DNA of 63,998 nt, counting the filler, from Jimgerdemannia flammicorona (Eukaryota): NCBI GenBank assembly GCA_003990765.1. It is 3 parts of 3 records of this genome, joined end to end, with 100 filler letters (N's around TTAATTAATTAA, not from the genome) between each part and the next. Parts side by side here need not be neighbours in the genome. Positions count along the whole stretch, not along the records: positions 1 to 21,357 come from RBNJ01001468.1; 2 more parts are not named here. One strand, given 5' to 3'. Positions within the stretch are counted from its first letter, which is position 1. Every line of letters starts with the position of its first letter. The position numbers were made by a program, and so were the translations under genes. Shown here piece by piece: positions 1 through 11,278 of this stretch. The notes below the pieces were generated by a model. It was given only the letters and a program-made list of their open reading frames with translations, searched no databases and was not told the DNA's origin.

Positions 1-180
1 TAATAATTCTACCTTTGGTAAAAATTTTACAAAAAAAAAAAAATTTGTTTTTAAATAAATTGAGATATATTTTTAACAGAAAAACAATGTTTCAAAAAAT
101 CATTTTTTTCAAGCTTTAATTTGTCTGCTAAATGATTTTAAAAGATGATCTTATCTATAGACAAAGGGATATATATATAC

Positions 181-1599
181 TGTAACAAACCAAGATGTAC
201 CACCTAAATTATACCTTAGCCAGATGACACGAATAATTAGCCAGATGATGTGAACACATAGTATAGTAACCAGGAACCATTGCTGCGGAAATTGTATAAA
301 TAGCCAGACTACCAGATAAGGTATATCTGTGCAGGACCTGTACATCTGTGCTGGACCTGCACACTTGTGCTGGACCTGCACACTTGTGCTGGACCTGTAC
401 AACTTACCATAGATAGCAAATCTATAGTTAGCTACATAGCAACCAGATAGCAACCAACTTGTATAAATTACCCCAGAGACAAGAGTGAATAAATCTCAGT
501 CTGAAATTCAGAACACATTTCAACTCTGGTTTACTTTCCAATATAAAGAACAAGTCCGAAATTGAAGCAAAAGACAAGTCTGCCTACCATACTTCAAGAG
601 GAACTCTACAGCCACTGCTAGGAGATTGTGAGCTTATTTTCCCACTCTAGTCCACTTTCTGATACAAAGAACAAGTCTGAAATACAAATACCAAAGAAGC
701 CTCTAAAGATTGAGCATTGGTCCCCTTTCTACTCTAGTCCACTTTCCAATACAAAGCTGATTTTGCTACCAAGTTCGAGTGAAGAACTTTGCTACCCTTT
801 GAAGAGAAACCCACTGCTTAAGGAATAAGCTGCTGTTTTCAAGTTATTTACTGCCATTCTTACCACAAGCCAGTCTTTCTGACACAACTTCACAGTGGAG
901 CCAGTCTACGATGTAACCCCATATAAATGAAGCCAGTCTTTGATATAACTTGTCAAGAATCCTAGTTAATTCCTAGTTGAAGCTGCTGATTCAGAAGAAT
1001 CTGCATCATCTGCCATTTTCAAGTTATTCATATTCTCAGAAGAACCCTATTTGCACCATCTGAATAATATTCCCAATTAAAGCTGAATCTGCAACATCTG
1101 AGTTGATTGTTCCCAGTGAGCCTGAGTTATCAAGTTATCTGCCACCAGTACAATTTCCAGTGAACCTGCACCCAAATCAAGTTATCTACCAAATTATCAG
1201 AATGACCTGAATAAGAAATCCACTCATGCTACACAAGATCATCATGTAGAAATCACATAAAAAGAACCACTAAATTGCCAGACTATCACATACAGAGATT
1301 ATTGTGCTACACAGAAATCACCTGCTACTTAAGAAGGAAACTGCTCATGCTATGCACCAATTCTGCCATTCCTAGTTGACCCAAGAAGGAAACCTGTTCA
1401 CACACACAAATCACCACTATACCCAGAGAACCATCCCAATTAGGAAATTGACAACAAATCACTCACAGATATCCAGCTTTGACTATTATACCACTAAACA
1501 CCAAAGACCTCAGGAATCTTACAAAGTAACTGAGGGCTCAAGCCAAACTATATCAATCCCCAATCTTGTAATTTGTCTCCATTGAGCTGGTACATTACA
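181..1599 (+). mobile_element. Solo LTR (Gypsy-type), degraded
   Basis: Starts TGTAAC and ends ATTACA, flanked by ATAC on both sides (177-180, 1600-1603). TATAAAT near 462 is followed by AATAAA near 488, and this segment resembles the LTR core at 36226-36272. Confidence 0.65.
333..400 (+). repeat. 19-bp tandem repeat (GGACCTGCACACTTGTGCT) x3.5 inside the solo LTR
   Basis: Read directly from the sequence. Confidence 0.9.
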
Positions 1600-2124
1600 A
1601 TACTCTATATAGAACTATATTCCAAACTACTATATATCTTACTTAACTTTATTAAGATTTGTATCTAAAAACTCTCAGAGATATCTTATACTTATCTATA
1701 TAAGCTTATTTAGAAGATATAAGTAAAGATCTATACTAAACTTTTCTACCTCAGATATATATATATGTATAATAGATATATTTGTTATAACAGATAGTAA
1801 TAGTAATAATATATGTATTGTCACGTAGTGGTCACTGAGTCCTTCAAATACACCAGATTCTCTTCAAGGTATATCTCTTAGACTAACTCAAGTTTGTTAT
1901 AAGTAAGTTCTTATTGGAGTGCCTTCCCAAGGTCTTATAGTCCTCAAACTTCTTATCTTTAACTATCTTGTTATCTCTTAGATTGCTTGCAAGGAAGTGT
2001 GTGTATTGCACTGAGAGGAACTGACTTTATTTCAGAGGAAATAAGAGAGGTATTTATACAAAATATAATTCAATGGTTGTTAAGATATAAAGCTAAATAT
2101 AAATTCCAATAACTAAAACTACTA

Positions 2125-2264
2125 AGTTCCAGGGCTGGCATTATTTAGTACCACATCAAAATACCAGTGCTGGAACAATTTTGCGTCACCTCAGAATACC
2201 AGTGCTAGCATTATTCAGTGTTACATGAGAATACCAGTGCTGGCATTATCCAGTGTAACAAAGA
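2125..2264. repeat. 35-bp tandem repeat x4 with CCAGTGCTGG core
   Basis: AATACCAGTGCT(G/A)G recurs at 2160, 2195 and 2230, with a degenerate copy at 2125. Confidence 0.85.
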
Positions 2265-2269
2265 ACTTT

Positions 2270-3112
2270 TTAGAGCAGAAAGTTCAGGATCATGGGAGCT
2301 TCATCATCATTATCATCATCATCACTAAAGGAGATGAGGTCCGCGAATTTGTCATGCAGGCTGCACGTCTCACATACTTCGTCATTTTCACGTGCTTCGA
2401 TGTTGTGCAGGATGACATCATCAATGATGTCATCATGTTCGGGTGTGGCGGGAAAATCGGGAACAAGGTCTGGAGCTCTCCAGTCTATGAGGTTCTCTTC
2501 CACAAAATAGGGGACAAATGTGGGGTCTTGGGAGGATCTAACCTGAATACTTGGGCCTTGGAATACTGAGATCAATCCTTGCAGGAATTGGTCTGGGTTG
2601 TCCTGAAGGATAGGGTGCCAGAAGTCTTCTACTTCTTCGCTATTGAGGGTGATGGTGGACTGGGCTTCTGTAGCTATCCTGGCTTCTAGTGCATTGATAC
2701 AGTGAGATGACAGGTCTTTGAAGTCTGAGACTCTAACATACTCCAAGTTGGGGATCGACCATGGTGCATGCCTGAAGATCTGATGGATCTTCTTTGCTGT
2801 CCTTGCCTTACGTAGATCCATGGGAGTAGCATCTTGTAGCTCTTGAGGGCTGGCCTGTGGGAACTCCTGGCAGAGGAGGTTTCCTATTTCGTACTCCTGC
2901 CATATTTGGAGGCATTTGGTGACAATGGTGATCCTTGTTTCCATTTCATGGCGGTAGAGGATAAAGTGATAAGGGTCTGCAGTACCCAGATTGACACTAG
3001 GAGTCCTTCTTGAGTGGGTCCTCATGGCTCTTCTGATGTCTTGGAACATCCTTTTCTCGACCGAGATACCTTGATGATTCCTTGACCTTGAGGTTTGATG
3101 AGCAGTAGGCAT
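2270..3112 (-). CDS. Intronless 280-aa protein of unknown function encoded inside the LTR
   Basis: Uninterrupted ATG-to-stop ORF; TATAAAA at 3199-3193 lies about 80 nt upstream; basic N-terminus, helical-looking core and acidic C-terminus. Confidence 0.7.
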   Translation of the reverse strand: MPTAHQTSRSRNHQGISVEKRMFQDIRRAMRTHSRRTPSVNLGTADPYHFILYRHEMETRITIVTKCLQIWQEYEIGNLLCQEFPQASPQELQDATPMDLRKARTAKKIHQIFRHAPWSIPNLEYVRVSDFKDLSSHCINALEARIATEAQSTITLNSEEVEDFWHPILQDNPDQFLQGLISVFQGPSIQVRSSQDPTFVPYFVEENLIDWRAPDLVPDFPATPEHDDIIDDVILHNIEARENDEVCETCSLHDKFADLISFSDDDDNDDEAPMILNFLL

Positions 3113-3354
3113 TTTGTTTGTAGTAAGTCTTTGAGCTATTTTGGGATTGGGGGTTCTTGTTAGTTACTACTACTGCGGTTCCTTGATCCTTCTTTTATAT
3201 TCTTCAGGATGCTTGTGCTGTGGTCACAATGACTCACAGTTGGTCATCGTTGCTCATCTCATATGCCATATGATCTTCTTGTACTCTGATCTGGTGGCTT
3301 GTAAAGAAAGGCTGTCTCCTGTGCTGATGTCATCATCCTGGGGTCACCGTTACA

Positions 3355-4300
3355 GTATATATATATATAATATATAATATATATTTAATATAGAAGTTCT
3401 ACTATATAATAGGGTAAAATTATATATAATATCTATTAAAAATATAGATAGCTAAGAACCTGCAAATATATATATAAGCTATGTTTAACTATATACTATT
3501 ATTCAAAACTATGAGTACTATTATATTTGATTAACTTATTATATATATTCTCTTAAACTATAAGACAATTTTATAATTCTTTAATAAGAAATAGTAGAGG
3601 CTACTATTTTGATACTACTGAAGATAGCAGAAGATATTTAGTAAGCTATATATACTGATAGTTCATAATAGAGAGTAGAAAATATGATAAGAAATTAGAT
3701 CTAATAAAGATGACTAATATTTAAATATTCTTGAAATAACTATCTTTAGTCTATATGAAATAGAAACATACTATTCTATATAATGATAAGTAGAAGTATA
3801 TAGTAGTTAGCTTTAGTGATATATTGTTCTCACTAATAATGAGAGGCAAGATAATGAATATCTCATACAGATTATTATATATATATGCTACAGTAATATA
3901 ACTATCTCTATTATCTTATACTTATTAGTATACTTAAGTTCTAATCATCACAGATATACTTCTATTATAAAGATATAATACTGGAGTATATCTATGGCAG
4001 TGATACTCTGTATACTATACTTAGCTACAAAAACTGTACAATAGTCTGAAACAGAGATATCAATGCCATATGCAACCTTCAGGCCATCATATTGCACATA
4101 GGTACCCATGGGAGTATAGTGCCAGAGATCTTTAAGTAAGTAACAAAAGGCAATGAGCAGCTGAGGCCTGCTGAATTTCTATAAAATGTGCATATTTTTT
4201 GGTTTTTAATCATCAAAAGGACTTTTTTTGGTTAATTTGAAACATAACACTAACCTTCCAAAACAAATTTGAACTGCAACCTTATTTTATTTGACCCCAT
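3355..4300. mobile_element. Highly degraded AT-rich transposon remnant, family not assigned
   Basis: CpG-free, TpA-rich, no open frames; sharp border with CpG-containing DNA near 4350. Confidence 0.4.
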
Positions 4301-5856
4301 GAACAATGTAACAATTCCTTTTATGGCTGTTCCATAAAACTCAAGTTCTATCCTATCAACTTTCGATGATATGATGGAAGCCTATACATTTGTAGGTATC
4401 AAAGAAATAACCTGAGGAATGGCTCACATCCAAGGAAGAACTTACAAAAGCCTTTTCATTGAGGCAAGCTGCGCAACTGCGTTGATTGTATTTCCACATC
4501 GAACCGAAAAGTTGGGTTATATGACATTGGGAATGTTAGCAATCTGCGGTCATATGATCGTTTGTGCAATTTCTTTTCCCATTTGCAAACTCTCCACGAA
4601 CTCTTGGCCGGTGTAGGTGACGACGACGCCAGCTGAGTAAGAACGGAATTGTGTGCCCGAAATACCTTCATATTAGATGATCCTGATCTTTGACCCAACT
4701 CCCGCTTTTCTTTTCTTGCATCAATAAAGATCCCAAGATAGCATTACTTCAATTCTCCTGATTCAGTTTACGCGACGATCCAGCCTTACCCCCCCGAACT
4801 AAGTTGCTAGTATTTTGTGTAATCGCAGTACGTTCGATGCTTCAATAAATGCCCATTAAAGCATAGCAAATCTCTCCTTGCACCGAGCAAGGCATTAGGA
4901 AGTGGTGCGTCAATTTTGGTGAATTTCTGTTTTAGTTGTTGAAATTGTTTTCGCCGCATGTACACAGTACTCAACAGAATCGGGTACTATTTAACTAGTA
5001 TCGTATATTCGTCTAAGTAACGGTTCTCCTTAGACTTCCCAGCTACAGATCTTCTAGATTGCCCTATACATTTATGTATTGGAATTTGAAAGTTGATTAT
5101 AGTACCTATCCATTCCGTGACAAGTTCGCGCTGCATATAGACCTTTAAGAGACTCCGTAATTAGGCAACGGAGGAAGATGTCTGTAAGGCACGGAAAAAA
5201 TTCTTGGAAAGACCCCGGCGAATCCTAGGCCTTTCCTCGCCATTGCGATGTGTCATTGATACTGGGAAAAAAAAAAAGGGAGGGGGGGGGGGGATTTTAA
5301 TATCTTAAATGACGGAATTGCTATTACCGATCATCGTTCTTCTGTGACTGGACCGTTCCTTTTTAACATATCGCCCAGTTTCGACAAGATGAGGTGGCTG
5401 TTGCTGCAGTGAAGTTTCTTATGAATATTTTTTGAAACACCGACCTGATGATGAGGAGCACAGCAAATGTATTTTCTGTTTCGATGACTCCCTGCATATC
5501 TACTGTCTACATTGGCACTACTTTCTTGATGTTCCACCACCCACGCTGACATCATAGAGGTACACATTGTGGCTACGCGCTGATATTAACAATCCATTTC
5601 GGAAATACGTATACATTCCATCCGCCATTTTCCATATCGAAGCCAACAAAAGGGGGCAGAATACTGTCATCACCCTTACATGTTTGTGTTTTCATTGCAT
5701 AAGAATGGATATGTATCGGACGTATGTAAATTATGTTGGTACGTCACCAGTGTTTTACCTTGAATATGTATCTAACTTCAATGAAATGAGCTTGCATTTC
5801 CGCCTCGCCCGCCGCTCCCCTTTTTATTTTGGCTTGTTTCGTATGCATTTCTAAGT

Positions 5857-6201
5857 ATGCACATGATGGGACGGAAGAAAGAAGAGGTGATGCACATATC
5901 TCACGCCATAACTATGACAATAATCGCGGAACACGGTCTGAGATCGACGACAACTTGTCCCACGAACACGTGGCGTCGAGAAGCCTTTCCCAGAGGGCGC
6001 GTCGTATCGTGTTGTATAATTGCACCCCTCAGTGTGATCGCTTCTATCTTGGGTGTGAATGTCCCGTCCTCGTGGCGCTACAGATCTCGGCGGGGTTTCG
6101 CCTTCGCAATAACAACCACTATTATTGTTGATCACCACATCGAGTGGGTAAACAACACGACAGAAAATAGGGTTGTGGCAAACGGGAAACAAAGAAAATA
6201 G
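5857..6201 (+). pseudogene. CorA/ZntB-like C-terminal transmembrane fragment, probably a pseudogene
   Basis: IIAPLSVIASILGVNVP resembles the CorA-family PLS...G[MV]N signature and is followed by a second hydrophobic stretch (GFAFAITTTII). No intact upstream gene model found. Confidence 0.35.
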
Positions 6202-6586
6202 GGGACCAAGAGTATGGGGCCATGGGAACGGTCGAGCGAAGCACCTGGATGCATAGATAACGTCATCTCAGTCTTTTTCACAAATTGCGCTTGCGATGTT
6301 GGAAATGGTGCGCCAGCATAGTGTAGATGGGAGTAGGGGTGTATACTTCAGAACTGGGTCTTCAGAACAGACTAAAAACGCTGTATTAAAATATTGCTAA
6401 GTGGTACGGGAAACCGCACAAGACGTGCCGCGAAGGGAAACGACATCTCGAAAACGTGTGGGGGCGTGATAGCACAGTGTTGATAGAAAGGCTCTCAGAA
6501 CATACGTATTTTAACTATTCACAAACGGCTAAAGTGGGTCCCAATGGAAGCGTAAAAAAAATAAAAAATAAAATAAAAAAAATAAA

Positions 6587-6624
<38 letters not shown>

Positions 6625-6924
6625 AAAAGAGGAAGCCCCATGGGCCATGACCCACCATTTATAAATAGCTGTTTTGATCCTTGTGGCGTGTGGTTGCCTT
6701 GTCGCTCCCGTGACCCTTTTCAACGATAGTTGTTACATATAATTATAAGCGTAACTTATATGATTCAAGATAGATTTTTTCGAGACAATAGTTATCAAAA
6801 TCACGCACCTTCCATAGACGCTTGTTATCCCTAGGTCAGATATAAATTAAATGCTCAGCAGTGTTCCGAAGCTCCGAACGACATTCATAACTGACGGGAA
6901 AGTCGTTTACTCGATAGCACATAC

Positions 6925-7120
6925 GTGAGTACCCCAGGTAATCGAGTAATCTCACCCAGGTCCACCTCGCAAGTTATATGGAGGTCCCAACAGAGCCTTT
7001 TCGGTAATATTTCAAAAACTGTTTTCATCCCAGCTCAAGCAAAGGAGTTGGACAGAAGTAGAGGCATATACTTTTTTTTGAGGTCAGGAGAAAAATCGTC
7101 CGCAGACGTAAAAATGATTT
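6925..7120 (-). pseudogene. SAM-like domain fragment of the Crinkler-type gene families, with stop and frameshift
   Basis: Minus-strand translation SF*NITEKALLGPPYNLRGGPWVRLLDYL resembles the L.LT...L..PPYN..GGP motif of early-diverging fungal SAM-like domains; followed by a GTATGT donor. Confidence 0.35.
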
Positions 7121-8120
7121 TCGCAAGGTATTTTATTCGTGGAAAACTAAGCTTGTGAAAGAGCATGTCCAAGAGTAAGCCCAACCATGCAGTTTATAAA
7201 CTATGGCATCTCGTTTAAAACTCTCTGTTGGGAATTACTGGAGTACTGGACGGATATTCCAGGTTACGCGCTTTTACGCGTTGCAATTGAAATTGATGAC
7301 GTAGAGGTTGAGCTTCACCTTTAAAACCTCATACGTACCACGTCAGTCAGTAGGACCAAGCAAAATCCGATTCAAAACATCTTGTGTACTTAAACCATTT
7401 GACCGACACGTTGCAGTTCTGCCGGAGAGTGTTGAGTATATATATATAATTGTAATTTGTGCCTTATACTTATGTATACGTCATGGCCAGCTCCCTCGAC
7501 TACAACCCTTCAGATATGAATTTGCTCAACCAAAATCCGCATAGCTTCTAAGCTGACTCAGAATTATGAATCCCTGAAAATCGGCCCAAAAAAAAAAAAA
7601 AAAAGAATCAAAGCCCTAATGTCCGTTCCGATATTCGAACACATGTCAAAGGCCCAAGTCCTCCAAAGTTTCTGACACCAAGGTTGCCCGGCAAATTCAC
7701 CAATAATACGAATCCTGGAAACCTAGCGCGCGCGAAACACATGGGTAAGTACGCCCACTCTAGAACCCGGAAGGGGTTATAAAACTGGAGAAAGTGGCAA
7801 ATTATATGCGCTACCAAGGCTCTGGGTGCTGTATGAAGACGGGTTAAGCTCGAGTCGATCGTATCTCTGCATATCGCCCACTTGCTAATACCCCTTCACC
7901 CTGTAGACTACTGAATTTCGCTGGTTGCGCTGTTCCCCAAGCGAAGGAACGATAGCGTGGTGTATTTGGCAGGTGATTATGATGAAGTTTTACGGTAGAA
8001 AGCAATAGTTTGTGGGGAAACGTTTCCACAAGCTTTCGAAAACAAGACACTTTACAAAATACAGTTTATAATATATCCATACGATCTTATTGTCCAAACA
8101 ATGTTTCGTAATCATCGCCA

Positions 8121-9243
8121 CTACTTCGTCGGCTTCATCCCAAAGGCGTAATTCACCCGACTCCACGTTCGGCACACCTTCGCTTCTTCCGTGATTTTCG
8201 CAAAGATCTCCTCGTAATCGGAATCGGATATCAAGTGCGCCAACGCCGGCTGTAGCGCATGAATACCTTTTACTGCATTCTGAAGGCAGATCTGCCCTAT
8301 CCTTCCTCCCCAGCCCAGAGGACATGACACGTAATCTGAAGTAATATCGCACATTCCGGCGGAGGCGAGGAAGCTGTTGAGGTTACTGCCCACTGTGAGC
8401 TCAATGCCACGAGCTAGGGACGCCTCTGCGACTGGCGCGGGAAAATGAAGAGGAAAACATGAGATATACGAGTATGTGAGCGTTTAACGTGTTAACATGC
8501 AGATACTTACGTGCATTATAAAATTTTCTGTAACTTGGTGGCATCTCTTCAAACTTCAGTTGACCTTCGATTAATTCTATGTAACCGCCAGGTTTTGTCA
8601 CGCGGACTAGCTCGTTTACTACTTTTTGCCAGTCAGTCGTCTTGAAAGCCAATGTCATTAGCCTAAACAAATCCTCAAAGTTAAAATGAGGAATTTGTTG
8701 GTCGTCGTTCTGGAACTTCCTGCACACAAGCGGTCGGCTCGAAGTATCCTTCACGTACCTTTGAAACACATAATCGAAAGTATCATCTTCAAATGGCAGG
8801 CCTTCAAGTGTGTCTGCCAAGCGGAACTCGCAATTCGGTGGCAGATCGGTCCTGAGCAGCACATCTGCGTTATCAATTCCGACAAAAGTGGAAGCAGGAT
8901 AATCTGTAGCCATATCCACACACCACACGCCAGCTCCACAGCCGGCGTCCAACACTGAAATACCTTCCTCGAGAGCATCGTCGATGGAGGCAATAAAGTT
9001 TCCGCCTAGAATGTTCCTGTGTGTTGACGGTTCGGTAGGTACGGTCATTAACGGCGAAAAATATCTGCTGATCCCATCATGAACTGTCGGAAAGGTGAAC
9101 ACAGACTTGTAAACGTAGTGTTGATCTACCAGCCGGTCGTTCTCAACTTCGTCGTTGGCCGGAAGCATATATATTGAGGAACCATGCGGTCGCTTGTCAT
9201 GGCACTTGAAGCCTTCTGGAAAGTTTGGTTTATTGTTGGACAT
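8121..9243 (-). CDS. Class I SAM-dependent methyltransferase (LaeA/Methyltransf_25-like), 4 exons: 9243-9107, 9016-8759, 8662-8511, 8431-8121 (285 aa)
   Basis: Motifs YMLPAND..E.DRL..QH, VLDAGCGAG.W, FVGID, GLPFEDDTFDYV and ELVRVTKPGGYIEL; three GT-AG introns (90, 96, 79 nt) give a continuous frame. Confidence 0.9.
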
Positions 9244-9699
9244 TAGGCAAGGGGTTGATTGACGGATTGTTTCTGTTCTTTGGAGTTTTACCTGTTCAGC
9301 CCGCAGCCAAATCCGAATTTGATAATTCCGGTGTTTCGCAGATGATGACGCTACCCATGTAATTATAGCCCTCTTTTGGTGATTGCCCGACAGAGAAAGA
9401 GCCAGTAAAAGGCTGTTCGTGTCAGTTCGAATGCGAGATGGATGTTCAAATAGCGCAACGATCGACGGACTGCATGTGTCGTCGTTTGTCACGCTACTTG
9501 AAGACAGATATTCCAGAAGTGTAAGCCGGTGAGTCCAGAATAATCCATGTTTTAAATTGAAATTTTGTGATCGGTTGAGAGTAGGACCTCGGAGTAGTGA
9601 CGGTTTGTCCGGATATTCGGATCGATCATGCTTGTTTGTTGACATAAATAGATGCTGCGGCGCGTCGTCGGTCGTTGCCCTACCAAATAACCAAATAGC

Positions 9700-10543
9700 A
9701 TGTTTCGTGTTCTACGCTCAACAAACCCTTTTGCGACCCGTTCCTACCGCCTCTCCACCAGAGCCATGCCCTTTTTAGCGTCGTATATTGAAAGTGACGA
9801 GGTTGCCGCCATGGTGCTCGACAATACCCTGAAATCGGGCAAGGACTACCTTGTTGTGGACGTGCGAGACGACGACTTCGAGGTACGCATAAGCGACCTG
9901 ATCCGATGTGTATTGCTCATTTTCCCTTGTTTTGCGACAGTTTCCGGATGAAATTGTTGTGTCGATGAAGCTAGCGATGGCTACTACGAGCCCTTATACC
10001 GTCCCGCTTCGTTATATTAAATTTAGGGAGGACACATTCCTGAAGCCATTCATATTCGCAGTTCAATTCTGCTTGACAAGCTAGACGATCTTGTCAACGA
10101 GTACGCCAACGTCCCAAAAATCGTCTTCCATTGCGTCATGTCGCAGGTTCGAGGCCCTAAATCGGCACAAATGTACAAGGAAACTTTGTCTCTGAACGGC
10201 ATTCAGACACAGCAGCAGGTGAGTTACTTTCGGATAAATAACGAGCTGGATATTTAGAAGGAGGAATATACTCTTGTCCGGAAAATCCAGCTATTGCTAT
10301 TGTCAGTAATTTAAAGAGCTCGATAAAGATTCACAGGTAATGATAGGGACAAGTTCTGCCAATCTACGTTCCTTTATACCTTTCTACTATCAGGTGTATG
10401 TTCTACGTGGCGGTTTTCGTCAATGGCAAGCGCGATTCAAGAACGATCCCGATATGATTGCAGACTACCGCCCTGAGTTATGGGCCTCGGAGTTTGATGA
10501 TGCGAGCGGGAGTGGTAATGTGGATGCTGAAAATCCTCGGTAA
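9700..10543 (+). CDS. Cdc25-like rhodanese-domain phosphatase/arsenate reductase (Ych1/Ibp1/Acr2 family), exons 9700-9882, 10027-10218, 10394-10543
   Basis: Motifs VVDVRDDDF, GGHIPEA, catalytic HCVMSQVRGP (HCX5R) and VYVLRGGF..W; two phase-0 GT-AG introns; alternative in-frame ATG at 9766. Confidence 0.9.
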
Positions 10544-10902
10544 CGTAAGAAGAGAGCATGGCGCAGTCTGGTTGTTAATTATATCTTTGGGCCCCCAACC
10601 AATTGAAGTATCGAGGAGGGGGGGGGGATGGCATTGTTACACCTCTCGTATGTATAGTTTTTCGCATTTTTCCTGAACTATAATTATTTATAATTTTATT
10701 CCTGATATTGCTCATAATTATCTAAACTAGGATCACAAAAGTTCGTTTATGGACTGATCCCTGTAATAAAGTTTGTTAGCGGATTTTCATTCACCCATAA
10801 AGTAACTACCTTGGGTCCATCCCCAATGCCGATCCCTATTTATAAACTTGAACTATGACTATCGGCCGTTCCTTGCGAGTTCATACCGCGTGTTAACCAT
10901 GG

Positions 10903-10903
<1 letters not shown>

Positions 10904-10983
<80 letters not shown>
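10904..10983. repeat. Poly(T) followed by (TG)n microsatellite
   Basis: Read directly from the sequence. Confidence 0.95.
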
Positions 10984-10984
<1 letters not shown>

Positions 10985-11278
10985 GGGATTATTGCGGTGT
11001 TTAAGGAGATACAGTTACATATCGAAAATGTTCATATCGGCGCCCTGCAGCCACGCTTTAGAGGAGCTGCGGATTTCGCCAAGCCAGTCTTTGTGGAGCT
11101 CAACCATCATGATTTTCCGGCGGATACTTCTTTCGGGGGTTAGTTAAAGCATCCACCGTCACAACCGGCAGTGCCCGATTATTTTTGGCCACGTTACTCA
11201 AGACATTTTCTGCTATCGACCATTTTTCCCAACGGCCCGTACTCATTCACATACAAAACATAGCACAACATGTAAGTT

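Larger units (their letters stand above)
1819..3354 (-). mobile_element. Solo LTR (1536 bp) containing an ORF
   Basis: Ends TGTCACG...CGTTACA (imperfect inverted repeat), with GTAT duplicated at 1815-1818 and 3355-3358. On the minus strand TATAAATA (2058-2051) is followed by AATAAA (2031-2026). Base composition changes sharply at both edges. Confidence 0.75.

Noticed and set aside
2125..2264. CRISPR-like repeat/spacer appearance
   Set aside because: The units are whole tandem duplications with related spacers, no cas genes are present, and the context is a eukaryotic LTR.
9244..9645. N-terminal 134 aa of the 414-aa ORF 8401-9645
   Set aside because: No family motifs, and it spans the shared promoter; homology starts at the ATG at 9243.
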